40,829 nucleotides of DNA from contig JACRIB010000042.1 in assembly GCA_016235895.1 (NCBI GenBank), positions 1-40,829 of the forward strand, in the 5' to 3' direction. The position numbers and the translations under genes were made by a program. Shown one piece after another: positions 1 through 8,139 of this stretch; positions within the stretch are counted from its first letter, which is position 1; each line of letters starts with the position of its first letter. The notes below the pieces were generated by a model that saw nothing but the letters and a program-made list of their open reading frames with translations, was not told the origin of the DNA and did not search any database. The stretch is from Candidatus Peregrinibacteria bacterium (GTDB taxonomy: Bacteria; Patescibacteriota; Gracilibacteria; UBA1369; LOWO2-01-FULL-3).

Positions 1-95
1 AGTGTTTCCCCCTCTCGCGCCTCCAAATCCAGAGCATTTATAATAGTCTTCGCGCCATAACCCGTTGTGAGATTTTTTATCGACAATATTTTCAT
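1..95 (-). CDS. ABC transporter ATP-binding protein, N-terminal fragment (gene runs off the window start)
   Basis: The minus-strand ATG at 93-95 overlaps the TGA stop of the upstream permease (ATGA at 92-95). My translation, MKILSIKNLTTGYGAKTIINALDLEAREGET.., has the usual ABC ATPase N-terminus just before Walker A. It is too short to appear in the ORF track. Confidence 0.55.
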   Translation of the reverse strand, partial: MKILSIKNLTTGYGAKTIINALDLEAREGET

Positions 96-879
96 ACTTT
101 TTCTCTTTTTAAAGTAATTCTTTTGAAAGTCACCAAGGCTAAAATCGAAGCCGTCGTACCAAGAATCGTGGCCGCAAGCGCCTCGTTGGTCAACGTATGC
201 GCATCCAAAGCGATAAACGTCGGCAACACCTCAGTTTTAAAAGGAATTACACCGGCAAAAATAAGACTTCCACCCAATTCCCCCATCGCGCGCGACCAGC
301 ACAAAGTAGCACCAGCAGCAATATCCGTGAGCGACATGGGCAAAAATACCGTTGTAAAAACTTGGAAAGGATTGGCACCCAGCGACCGCGCCGTCAGATT
401 GATTCCGGACTTTTTTATATCCCTAAATCTTCTGGCAACCGTAGAAACCACAAACGGCCCGGCAATAAAAAATTTGGCAATTACCAGCGCCGTAAAAGTG
501 AAAGTAAGATTAATGTGAAACGGCGAAGTCGGGCCGAGCATTAAAAAAAATATTATACCCTCGGCCACCGGCGGAAAAGTCTGCGGGACATCCACCACCA
601 AAGTTTCCACAAAAGTTTTACCGCGAAATTCTTTCATGGCAAAAACATAGGCTAGCGGAACACCAAAAAGTACCGCACAAATGTGGTGACGATGGAGGAA
701 AGAACGCTGAGCCAAAGGGCCGAAAGGATGCGGTCATTGCCAAAAGCGGCAAGCACCTTATCCCAAGAACCAAGCGCAATATAATATTGAAAAAATATCG
801 TCACGCTCAAAAACAAGAGCAAAAATCCCGCCAATAAATAAAGCAGAATTATTAAGTTTTTTGTTTTGAAATGAGTCAT
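92..879 (-). pseudogene. ABC transporter permease (ModB/CysT-like, MetI-type), split by a 1-nt frameshift
   Basis: ORFs 652..879 and 92..715 lie in different frames but read as one permease. The first ends ..ILSALWLSVLSSIVTTFV. The second continues AVLFGVPLAYVFAMKEFRGK...ARSLGANPFQVFTTVFLPMSL..WSRAMGELGG. The frames switch within about 671-684 (revcomp acatttgtgcggta). Confidence 0.7.
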
Positions 880-937
880 GAGAACAAAATAAGACCAACT
901 TTATCCAATATAACAAGCCCATGGGGCGTCTGCAATC

Positions 938-1771
938 CTACATCTCACCCAAAACTTCCGCTACGATCGTTGTCATTGCTAAAGCCACGGTCTCTGCGCG
1001 CAAAATTCGCGGACCTAGGGAAACCACATGAGCGCCTTTTGCTTTCGCAATTTCAATTTCACGATCCGTAAAACCACCTTCCGGGCCCACGCAAATAACC
1101 AATTCACCGGAAAATTTTTCGCTATTTTTTACCAAATTTTGCTTACAAAATTCCGAAAACTTTTGTTCCGCGCCGGGATGCGGCACTACAACAATGTGCT
1201 CACTCGCCTGCCCACCAGCTGACATAGCTCCACCAACTTCATCCCCGAAATCCAGCGCATGTTCACTTCTCGCATCTGCCGCAACCCTCCAATCGGCACT
1301 AAAAAAGATTTTTTCAAATCTTTTCGCACCTGAAAGTTCCGGCACCTTCCCACGCCCCGACTGCTCCGCAGCTTCTTTCAAAATTCTCTGCAATCTTTCT
1401 TCTTTTCCTAAAACCTTGCGCTCTGTTCTATCAGTAAGCAAAGGCGCAAAAGCGCTCACGCCCAATTCCGTTCCTTTTTGCAAGAGCCACTCCATTCTTT
1501 CCATGTTTTTCAAAATCGCCTGTGCAATTACCAGTCGCAAAGGCAATTCCGTTTCACAAAATTTCTTACTCAAAACTTTCCCAAGAATTTTTTTCACGCT
1601 AAACTCCTGCAACACCACAACAAACTCAAATCCGCTTCCCTCCAGCAAAACCACCTTTTCTCCCCGCGCGAATCTCAGCACTTTTGTAAATTGATGAATC
1701 AGCTCATCTGAACAAATCAGCGCCTGAGCCTCGTCTACATGATCCGATCGTGAAACAAAAAAACGATGCAT
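938..1771 (-). CDS. rsmE: 16S rRNA (uracil1498-N3)-methyltransferase RsmE, with an internal insertion
   Basis: N-terminus MHRFFV. Motifs AQAILKNMERMEWLLQKGTELGV, ICVGPEGGFTDREIE and SLGPRILRAETVAL are typical RsmE/SPOUT signatures. At 277 aa it is longer than usual because of a Gly/Ala-rich insert (..DEVGGAMSAGGQASEH..). Confidence 0.85.
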   Translation of the reverse strand: MHRFFVSRSDHVDEAQALICSDELIHQFTKVLRFARGEKVVLLEGSGFEFVVVLQEFSVKKILGKVLSKKFCETELPLRLVIAQAILKNMERMEWLLQKGTELGVSAFAPLLTDRTERKVLGKEERLQRILKEAAEQSGRGKVPELSGAKRFEKIFFSADWRVAADARSEHALDFGDEVGGAMSAGGQASEHIVVVPHPGAEQKFSEFCKQNLVKNSEKFSGELVICVGPEGGFTDREIEIAKAKGAHVVSLGPRILRAETVALAMTTIVAEVLGEM

Positions 1772-1860
1772 GCCGCCAGCCTACAAAAATTCCGGCCAAA
1801 ACTCAATGAGTTAATCTTCCCTCCCTTGCCAACAAAACCCAAAAACAGTAAATTGGGCTC

Positions 1861-4281
1861 ATGCTTATTTCCTTAAATTGGCTCAAAGAATTCGTTGATC
1901 TGCCTAAAAATCTTGGGTCGCAAGACCTGGCCACGCAATTAACTATAAAAACTGCGGAAGTCGATAGTGTCACAGACGAAGCCGAGGCTTTTAAAAACAT
2001 CGTGGTCGGACAAATTTTAGAAATTAAACCGCATCCAAACGCTGATAAATTAAAAGTTTGTAAAGCTTCTCTCGGCAAAGAAACAAGCCAAATTGTCTGC
2101 GGCGGAACAAACCTCCGCGAAGGCATATACGTCGCTGTCGCCAAACCCGGAGCAAAAATAAAATGGCACGGCGAGGGAAACCCGGTCACACTCAAAAAAA
2201 CTAAAATTCGCAGCGTAGAAAGCGATGGCATGATCTGTGCGGGAAGCGAAATCGGATTATCTGATTTAGATGCCGGCGAGCACGAAATTCTCGATCTGTC
2301 AGCAACAAAAACTGCACCGGGCACACCGCTCGCGGAATTGCTCCAAAAAAACGACACCATCCTCGAATTCGACAACAAAGCGCTCACTCATCGCCCGGAT
2401 CTCTGGGGTCACTACGGCATCGCGCGCGAAGTTGCCGTGCTGACAAATGCCAAACTAAAGCCAATAAAAAGCATCGTAAAAATTCCCGTAAAGGGCGAAA
2501 AAATAGACATCGAAGTCAAAGAACCGAAACTTTGTCCACGCTACTGCGGCCTGATCATCAACAACATAAAAGTGGGCCCGTCGCCGGAATGGCTACAAAA
2601 AAAGCTTAAAGCCACCGGCCACGGTACGCACAACAACATTGTAGACGTCGCAAATTACGTGATGCTGGAGCTCGGCCAACCGATGCACGCTTTTGACAAA
2701 GAATGTATCAGGGGCGGAATTGTTGTACGGAAAGCCGAAAAAAAGGAAACGCTCACTTGCCTGGATGACAAAATCCGTGAACTTGGGGAACACGATTTAG
2801 TGATAGCGGATCATTCAAGAGTACTCGCCATCGCCGGAGTAATCGGTGGGGAAAACAGCGAAATCAAAGATTCTACAACAACAATTGTCCTCGAATCGGC
2901 CAATTTCAATTCCTCAAGTATTCGCAAAACGTCAACAAAATTTTTACTCCGCACTGATGCGGTACAAAGATTTGAAAAAGCGCTCGACCCAAATCTCGCA
3001 GAAATCGCCATTAAGCGCGCCGCCGAATTAATTCTAAAAATTTGTCCGGAAGCGGAAATCGCCGGACCAATCACGGATGTAGAAAATTTCTCAAACACTC
3101 CAGTAAAAATCACCCTCGACACTAACAAAGCCCGCTCAAAAATCGGCGCCGAAATTTCCGACAAACAAATTAAAGAAATTCTGGAAAAGCTGGAATTTAA
3201 AATTGCCGCCGGCAAAAAGAAATCTGTTTTTACGGTGACTGTTCCGAGTTTCCGCTGCCAAAAAGATATAAAAATCGAAGACGACCTGATCGAAGAAATT
3301 GCCCGTATCTACGGCTACGACAACATTCCGGCCTCGCTCCCCACTTTGCCCGCAAAACTTCCGCTCGAAAACACCGAACGTTTCAAAAAACATCGCGCTC
3401 GCGAACTTTTTTCTTACGGCCTCGGTTTCGACGAAGTTTCAAACTATTCTTTTTACGGCAAAAACGAGCTAACTCGCTGCCTGCTGCCGGAAGAAGGCCA
3501 TGTCAAACTCCTCAATTTTCTTTCCGAAGATCAAACGCACATGCGCCTGAGCATGACCCCAAACCTCCTCAAAAATCTCCAGCATAACGTAAAGAATTCT
3601 GACGAACTAAAAATTTACGAAATCGGTCACACCTACAAGGAAATTGGCCATTTTATGCCGCTAGAAGAGAAAAAAATCGTCGGCGCCATTCTCGCAAAAG
3701 GAAAAACTGATGAACCGTTTTACGAAGCCAAAGGCGCGCTAGAAGCATTCTTCACAAAATTCGAAATCCCTCTGCCCCAAGCCACAAAAGGCCTCACCAA
3801 AACTCCTTATGCCCACCCGAACAAAGCCCTTTCCTACCTCGATCAACACAGCCAAACACTTGGCAAAGTTTTCGCACTCCATCCGGTTGCAGCCAAAAAT
3901 CACGACCTCGAAAATTACTCCATCGCTCTTTTCGCCATCAATTTCACCGAGCTGATGAAGCTCCAGCCAAAAGAAAAAAAGTATAAAAAAATCGCCCGCT
4001 TCCCGTCAATCCAATTTGATGTCTCCGTCCTCATCGACGCAAAACTGGAAATAAAAAAGCTGCAAAACGCTATCAAACAAACGGAAAATAACCTTGTTTC
4101 CGATGTCGCCCTCTTCGACATCTACACCGGTGATGGCATCCCTTCAGGCAAAAAAGCCGTCGCCTTCAAAATCACCCTCCAGTCCGAAGATCGCACCCTC
4201 ACCGACGCCGAAATGACCGCCATTCAAAACAAAGTTTTCAAAAACCTGGAAGCCCTTGGCGGCACCATCAGGGGCAAATAA
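1861..4281 (+). CDS. pheT: Phenylalanine--tRNA ligase beta subunit
   Basis: Classic start MLISLNWLKEFVDL. It has a tRNA-binding OB domain (GQILEIKPHPNADKLKVC), B3/4 and B5 regions and a C-terminal anticodon-binding-like domain. Length is 806 aa. No pheS is adjacent. Confidence 0.95.
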   Translation: MLISLNWLKEFVDLPKNLGSQDLATQLTIKTAEVDSVTDEAEAFKNIVVGQILEIKPHPNADKLKVCKASLGKETSQIVCGGTNLREGIYVAVAKPGAKIKWHGEGNPVTLKKTKIRSVESDGMICAGSEIGLSDLDAGEHEILDLSATKTAPGTPLAELLQKNDTILEFDNKALTHRPDLWGHYGIAREVAVLTNAKLKPIKSIVKIPVKGEKIDIEVKEPKLCPRYCGLIINNIKVGPSPEWLQKKLKATGHGTHNNIVDVANYVMLELGQPMHAFDKECIRGGIVVRKAEKKETLTCLDDKIRELGEHDLVIADHSRVLAIAGVIGGENSEIKDSTTTIVLESANFNSSSIRKTSTKFLLRTDAVQRFEKALDPNLAEIAIKRAAELILKICPEAEIAGPITDVENFSNTPVKITLDTNKARSKIGAEISDKQIKEILEKLEFKIAAGKKKSVFTVTVPSFRCQKDIKIEDDLIEEIARIYGYDNIPASLPTLPAKLPLENTERFKKHRARELFSYGLGFDEVSNYSFYGKNELTRCLLPEEGHVKLLNFLSEDQTHMRLSMTPNLLKNLQHNVKNSDELKIYEIGHTYKEIGHFMPLEEKKIVGAILAKGKTDEPFYEAKGALEAFFTKFEIPLPQATKGLTKTPYAHPNKALSYLDQHSQTLGKVFALHPVAAKNHDLENYSIALFAINFTELMKLQPKEKKYKKIARFPSIQFDVSVLIDAKLEIKKLQNAIKQTENNLVSDVALFDIYTGDGIPSGKKAVAFKITLQSEDRTLTDAEMTAIQNKVFKNLEALGGTIRGK

Positions 4282-4285
4282 AAAT

Positions 4286-6694
4286 TTATTCGCCGCCGCC
4301 CCCTTCGTCTTCTCCTTCAGGTAATTGAAAACCCTCCCATCCCGGAGATTTTCTTACTTCGTTCACGATGTTAACACCAAAAAGATCCCTAAGCTGAGCA
4401 ATCAAGAATATCGACTCTCTAGCCTCATTCCTTCTTTTTCGCAAATCTTCGTCTTCCCCGAATTCCCGCCATATTTTCCTGAAAAACCACAGTCTGTCAT
4501 AATTTTTTTGTCTTAATGTGTCATTTAAAACCCTCTTTTCAACCAAGGCCAATTCTCCTCCCTCCGAATTTTCCATCTGTTTTTCATACGATCTAATAAC
4601 TTCACACATTGCCTTTCTCAAAACTCCAAATCTTAAAAGAGCCGTCTGTGACTCCGCCTCGCCCAGCAACCGAACATAACCGGCAATTTTGTTATAAATT
4701 TGCCCTCTGTCTGAACCGGAAACCAAGCACAATGGCCATACTTTGAAAATATCATTACAGATATCCTCATCCAATCTTCCTTTAATAACTACAATTTCAC
4801 CAAGATCAACATTCACCTGCACCGGTAAAAGATATGGCGGCGCGGGCCTTCTTGCCGGTGGAGTTTTAGATAAATAATAAATACCTCGCCAAAACGAATC
4901 ATTATAACCGGCGACTACTCCCGGAGCTACGTTGATTTCATTGACTCCCCAACCGGACAAATTCAAATAACCAATTATGTTAAACCACCGCTCCAGTGAA
5001 AGCATTGATTGAGGATGTTCGCTTCTATCAAGTCGATAAGTAGTCGCATGGGTAACGTTATCCAAGGATCTGCAGTGAACCGGGTCGGTAAAATACACCA
5101 AGCCACCCTCGCGTACTTTTGAAGCCAGCATTGGAATATATTCCTTGGGATCACTACATTCGTGAGTCACGTCGCAGCCAAGCAAAACATCGACCTCCGG
5201 AAAATATTGATTAATTTTAACCCTGACTTCGTCATTGGACAAACCTTTTGTGGCAATCCTCACCCTCTTGTATTTTCCATCCATTTCTTCGGTTACTACG
5301 TCCACACTGATCTGATCGTCAATGTCAATTCCGAAAACACCGGAAACCAAACCCATTGTCAACAACAGTCTGCCTATTTGGCCGCCTCCGTCTCCCCAGT
5401 CTCCAACATACGGTAATTTTCTCCGCCCCTCGGGTTGCTTCATATAAAAATCCTTCATGATAGTAACAAGGGTCGCCGTCCTGGGATTGGGATTTTTGGT
5501 AACCTCGGGATTAAAATGGAAATTAACCATGAACTGCGCGCGCCTATAAGCAAAAATTGCTTCAAAAATCGGAGCGTATTTTTCATACAAACCAAACTTA
5601 TCGGCCAGAGCGATTAAATCAAAAATTATAAATTCTTCCTGTGCCATATCGGCAAAACTACCATTTCCTTTGGCCAGACTCGATGTTTTTCCCTTATCGG
5701 GCAAAATCAGAGACAAATTTGCCTTAATATAATTTTCAACCGTCGAATCATCCGCTGATAGACCGAGGCCTAGCTCGCCAAAAAGCCTTAAGGAAGGGGC
5801 CGGAACCAGCCTGTTTTTAGGTGGAATTGAAACCCAGTCTTCTGTCATGGTAACCCCATCATCAGCAACTCTTTTACACTGATCTAAGGTAACCCTGGTG
5901 GTAATTTGAGCCATGGTATAGGTCTCGCGATGAAAACCGACTCCCGGAATTACGTTTTGAAAAGCCTCCATCGAACGATGCCAAAGCTCTAAAAAAAACA
6001 AACGATATCTCAAAAATTCAATCAATTCACCTTCTTCCACTCCAAATTCTTTCAATCCCAAAAGCACCCTCGGACAATTACCGGCCGTGCCGGGATTAAA
6101 TCCGCTCGCAACGCTGTAACCCGGAGCTCTGTCAAAACAATATGATCTCCTGTCGTCCGCGCACATTTCGCTAAAATTAGATGCCGCCACGCTAATCGAG
6201 GCTTTCTTTATTCTTGAACTTCTTTGTTGCGAAGTTTCATCCAAAACATCATCTCCCGCAGGATTACTCGAGTAAAAAGCGCCCGGCGCAACAGCCGCCA
6301 AAACCTTATCAACATCCAATTCCTTGCCGGCGAGCTGATCTTTAAACATTTCTACGATAGTTCTCTTTGCCTCAGAATGACTCATTACCTCCAGTCCAAA
6401 AAAAGCATCCAAAACCCGCTTATGCCCATCGTCCAACAACAACGAAAAAATTCTCGACAAATCCAAATTTTCAAAAGGAGAAACCTGCCGAACAACTCTG
6501 TCGGCACCTTCTCTCGTACCAGCAATAGCAAGGCCAACATCAACTCTTGCAGCCATCTCGCCGCTAACCTCGGCAGGCTCATCAACGCCACCACTTTTTG
6601 GCTGACGACTTAAAGGCCGTTCTCCTACTTTGTCCAATGCTTCCGGGCCATCTTGCAAACAGTCAGGTGGACCAGAAGACCACTTTCCACTCAT
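4286..6694 (-). CDS. Hypothetical 802-aa protein with a central class I SAM-dependent methyltransferase-like core
   Basis: Uninterrupted 2.4-kb ORF. Motif I-like VGDWGDGGGQIG is followed by an acidic beta-2 end (GIDIDD), LLGCDVTHE and KVREGGLVYF, at aa ~425-540 (nt 5075-5422). The termini look disordered: the N-terminus is Pro/Gly/Glu-rich and the C-terminus ends EGEDEGGGGE. I recognise no other family. Confidence 0.75.
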   Translation of the reverse strand: MSGKWSSGPPDCLQDGPEALDKVGERPLSRQPKSGGVDEPAEVSGEMAARVDVGLAIAGTREGADRVVRQVSPFENLDLSRIFSLLLDDGHKRVLDAFFGLEVMSHSEAKRTIVEMFKDQLAGKELDVDKVLAAVAPGAFYSSNPAGDDVLDETSQQRSSRIKKASISVAASNFSEMCADDRRSYCFDRAPGYSVASGFNPGTAGNCPRVLLGLKEFGVEEGELIEFLRYRLFFLELWHRSMEAFQNVIPGVGFHRETYTMAQITTRVTLDQCKRVADDGVTMTEDWVSIPPKNRLVPAPSLRLFGELGLGLSADDSTVENYIKANLSLILPDKGKTSSLAKGNGSFADMAQEEFIIFDLIALADKFGLYEKYAPIFEAIFAYRRAQFMVNFHFNPEVTKNPNPRTATLVTIMKDFYMKQPEGRRKLPYVGDWGDGGGQIGRLLLTMGLVSGVFGIDIDDQISVDVVTEEMDGKYKRVRIATKGLSNDEVRVKINQYFPEVDVLLGCDVTHECSDPKEYIPMLASKVREGGLVYFTDPVHCRSLDNVTHATTYRLDRSEHPQSMLSLERWFNIIGYLNLSGWGVNEINVAPGVVAGYNDSFWRGIYYLSKTPPARRPAPPYLLPVQVNVDLGEIVVIKGRLDEDICNDIFKVWPLCLVSGSDRGQIYNKIAGYVRLLGEAESQTALLRFGVLRKAMCEVIRSYEKQMENSEGGELALVEKRVLNDTLRQKNYDRLWFFRKIWREFGEDEDLRKRRNEARESIFLIAQLRDLFGVNIVNEVRKSPGWEGFQLPEGEDEGGGGE

Positions 6695-6764
6695 AAAATA
6701 TTGACAGATTTAAATTATAGGGGAAAATGATAGCGTAAGGGCTACACTATGTCAACCTGCAAAT

Positions 6765-8099
6765 ATGTCAAGCGTCGGTTTAAATAAACTTTTAGGAAAA
6801 CGGTATGTCAGTACGGCAGATGACATCCTGAAGGACGTCAACGCCGCCAATCTCGTCAAAACCATGAACGAGTGCCTATGGGTTGGCGACAAAAATCACA
6901 AAACCGTCTACGTCAATCCGCTTTTTGAAAAAACATCCGGTTATTCTCTGGAAGAGGCCATTGGCAAAGATTGTGTTTTTTTCTTCGACGAAGAAGGCAA
7001 AAAAATAATCCAAAAACACCACGAAATGAGATCTTTGGGAAAATCCTCCCAGTATGAAGCGAATATGACCAGCAAAGATGGTAAAATAATTCCCCTTTTG
7101 ATTAGCGGAACACCCGCAAAAAGCGGGGGCACGATGGGAATTTTCACCAATCTTACCAGGCTAAAAAGGCTGAGTCGTCAGGAAAAAATGACCAGACAGA
7201 TTTTGAAATTTTCCACTGAAGCTATTGTAATTTTGGATCAAAATAGAGAAATCACGCTTTGGAGCAATGGCGCCAGACAAATCTTCGGCTATGCTGAAGA
7301 TGAAATATTAAACAAAAACATCGGCCTTGTAATTCCGGAGGAAGAAATAGAAAGCAACAAAAAACTTCTGGATGATGTATGGGAAAAAGGGCACATCCAA
7401 AACATAGAAACTCGCCGCCAAACAAAGAGCGGTGAGGTCATAGACGTCCTGGTTTCGGTCACGAAAGTTCTTGATGAAAAAGATCATCTCATCGGTTATC
7501 TGGTAATTTATCGCGATATTACTCAGCAAAAACGCATTAGCACAGAATTGCAAAAACGCTTCGAAACAATCCAGGACGCCTATAAGGAACTTGGTTTACA
7601 ACGAAGACACCTCGACTATTTGTATGAAATTGTGGACTGCGCCATCGACCCAAACAGTTCTCTGGCAAATTTGGAAAAGCTGATTGTCAGCGCTCTTTGT
7701 TTGCTTACGAAATGCGACGGAGCCGTGCTTAGAACCTACGATGAACAAAAAAAACTCTTAAAATTATCCTCCTGCTTCGGCGTAAGCCAAAAATGGCTAA
7801 ACAAAAATCAAATTAAATTTGAAAACAGTCTCGCTCAGGAAGCCTTTGCCAACAAAAGACCGATCATAGTGGACGACATCGACACCAATCCAAAGCATCA
7901 GGGCCTGAAACTTTTAAAAAGCCACAATTTCAAAGCCATGGTTCTGATCGCTCTCGCGATAAACAAAAAAATACTTGGCTCAATAAGTCTTTATGCCACG
8001 GACGCTTCCAAATTTCGCATGATAGAAACGGACTTCCTGGAAAAAGTCGGCTGTCAATGCGCCATCTCCCTCTTCGCAAAAAAATATTCAATACGATAG
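6765..8099 (+). CDS. PAS-PAS-GAF sensory protein with no recognisable output domain
   Basis: Two PAS-like blocks (..VYVNPLFEKTSGYSLEEAIGKD.. and ..ITLWSNGARQIFGYAEDEILNKN...YRDITQQK) are followed by a GAF-like C-terminal half. I saw no kinase H-box, HATPase, GGDEF or HTH. Confidence 0.75.
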   Translation: MSSVGLNKLLGKRYVSTADDILKDVNAANLVKTMNECLWVGDKNHKTVYVNPLFEKTSGYSLEEAIGKDCVFFFDEEGKKIIQKHHEMRSLGKSSQYEANMTSKDGKIIPLLISGTPAKSGGTMGIFTNLTRLKRLSRQEKMTRQILKFSTEAIVILDQNREITLWSNGARQIFGYAEDEILNKNIGLVIPEEEIESNKKLLDDVWEKGHIQNIETRRQTKSGEVIDVLVSVTKVLDEKDHLIGYLVIYRDITQQKRISTELQKRFETIQDAYKELGLQRRHLDYLYEIVDCAIDPNSSLANLEKLIVSALCLLTKCDGAVLRTYDEQKKLLKLSSCFGVSQKWLNKNQIKFENSLAQEAFANKRPIIVDDIDTNPKHQGLKLLKSHNFKAMVLIALAINKKILGSISLYATDASKFRMIETDFLEKVGCQCAISLFAKKYSIR

Positions 8100-8139
8100 C
8101 CATCCCCCTTTACCAAACCCTCATTTTTGAGTAATATCT

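Noticed and set aside
92-95. Alternative genetic code, that is UGA or UAG recoding as seen in some candidate phyla.
   Set aside because: TGA ends the permease (ATGA coupling) and VanW. TAG ends the PAS-GAF gene and rny. TAA ends pheT and others, all at family-typical lengths. No conserved gene needs read-through except the single TAG in the DUF222-like gene.
1803-2387. Many long ORFs (115-241 aa) run antisense to well-supported genes. Examples are 1803-2387, 8272-8847, 12702-13385, 24707-25249, 25606-26220, 27631-28356, 29909-30493 and 34326-34913.
   Set aside because: Each lies fully inside, or straddles, a gene with strong family motifs on the other strand. Their translations are low-complexity or compositionally odd, with no motifs. 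They are most simply shadow ORFs caused by codon and strand composition bias.
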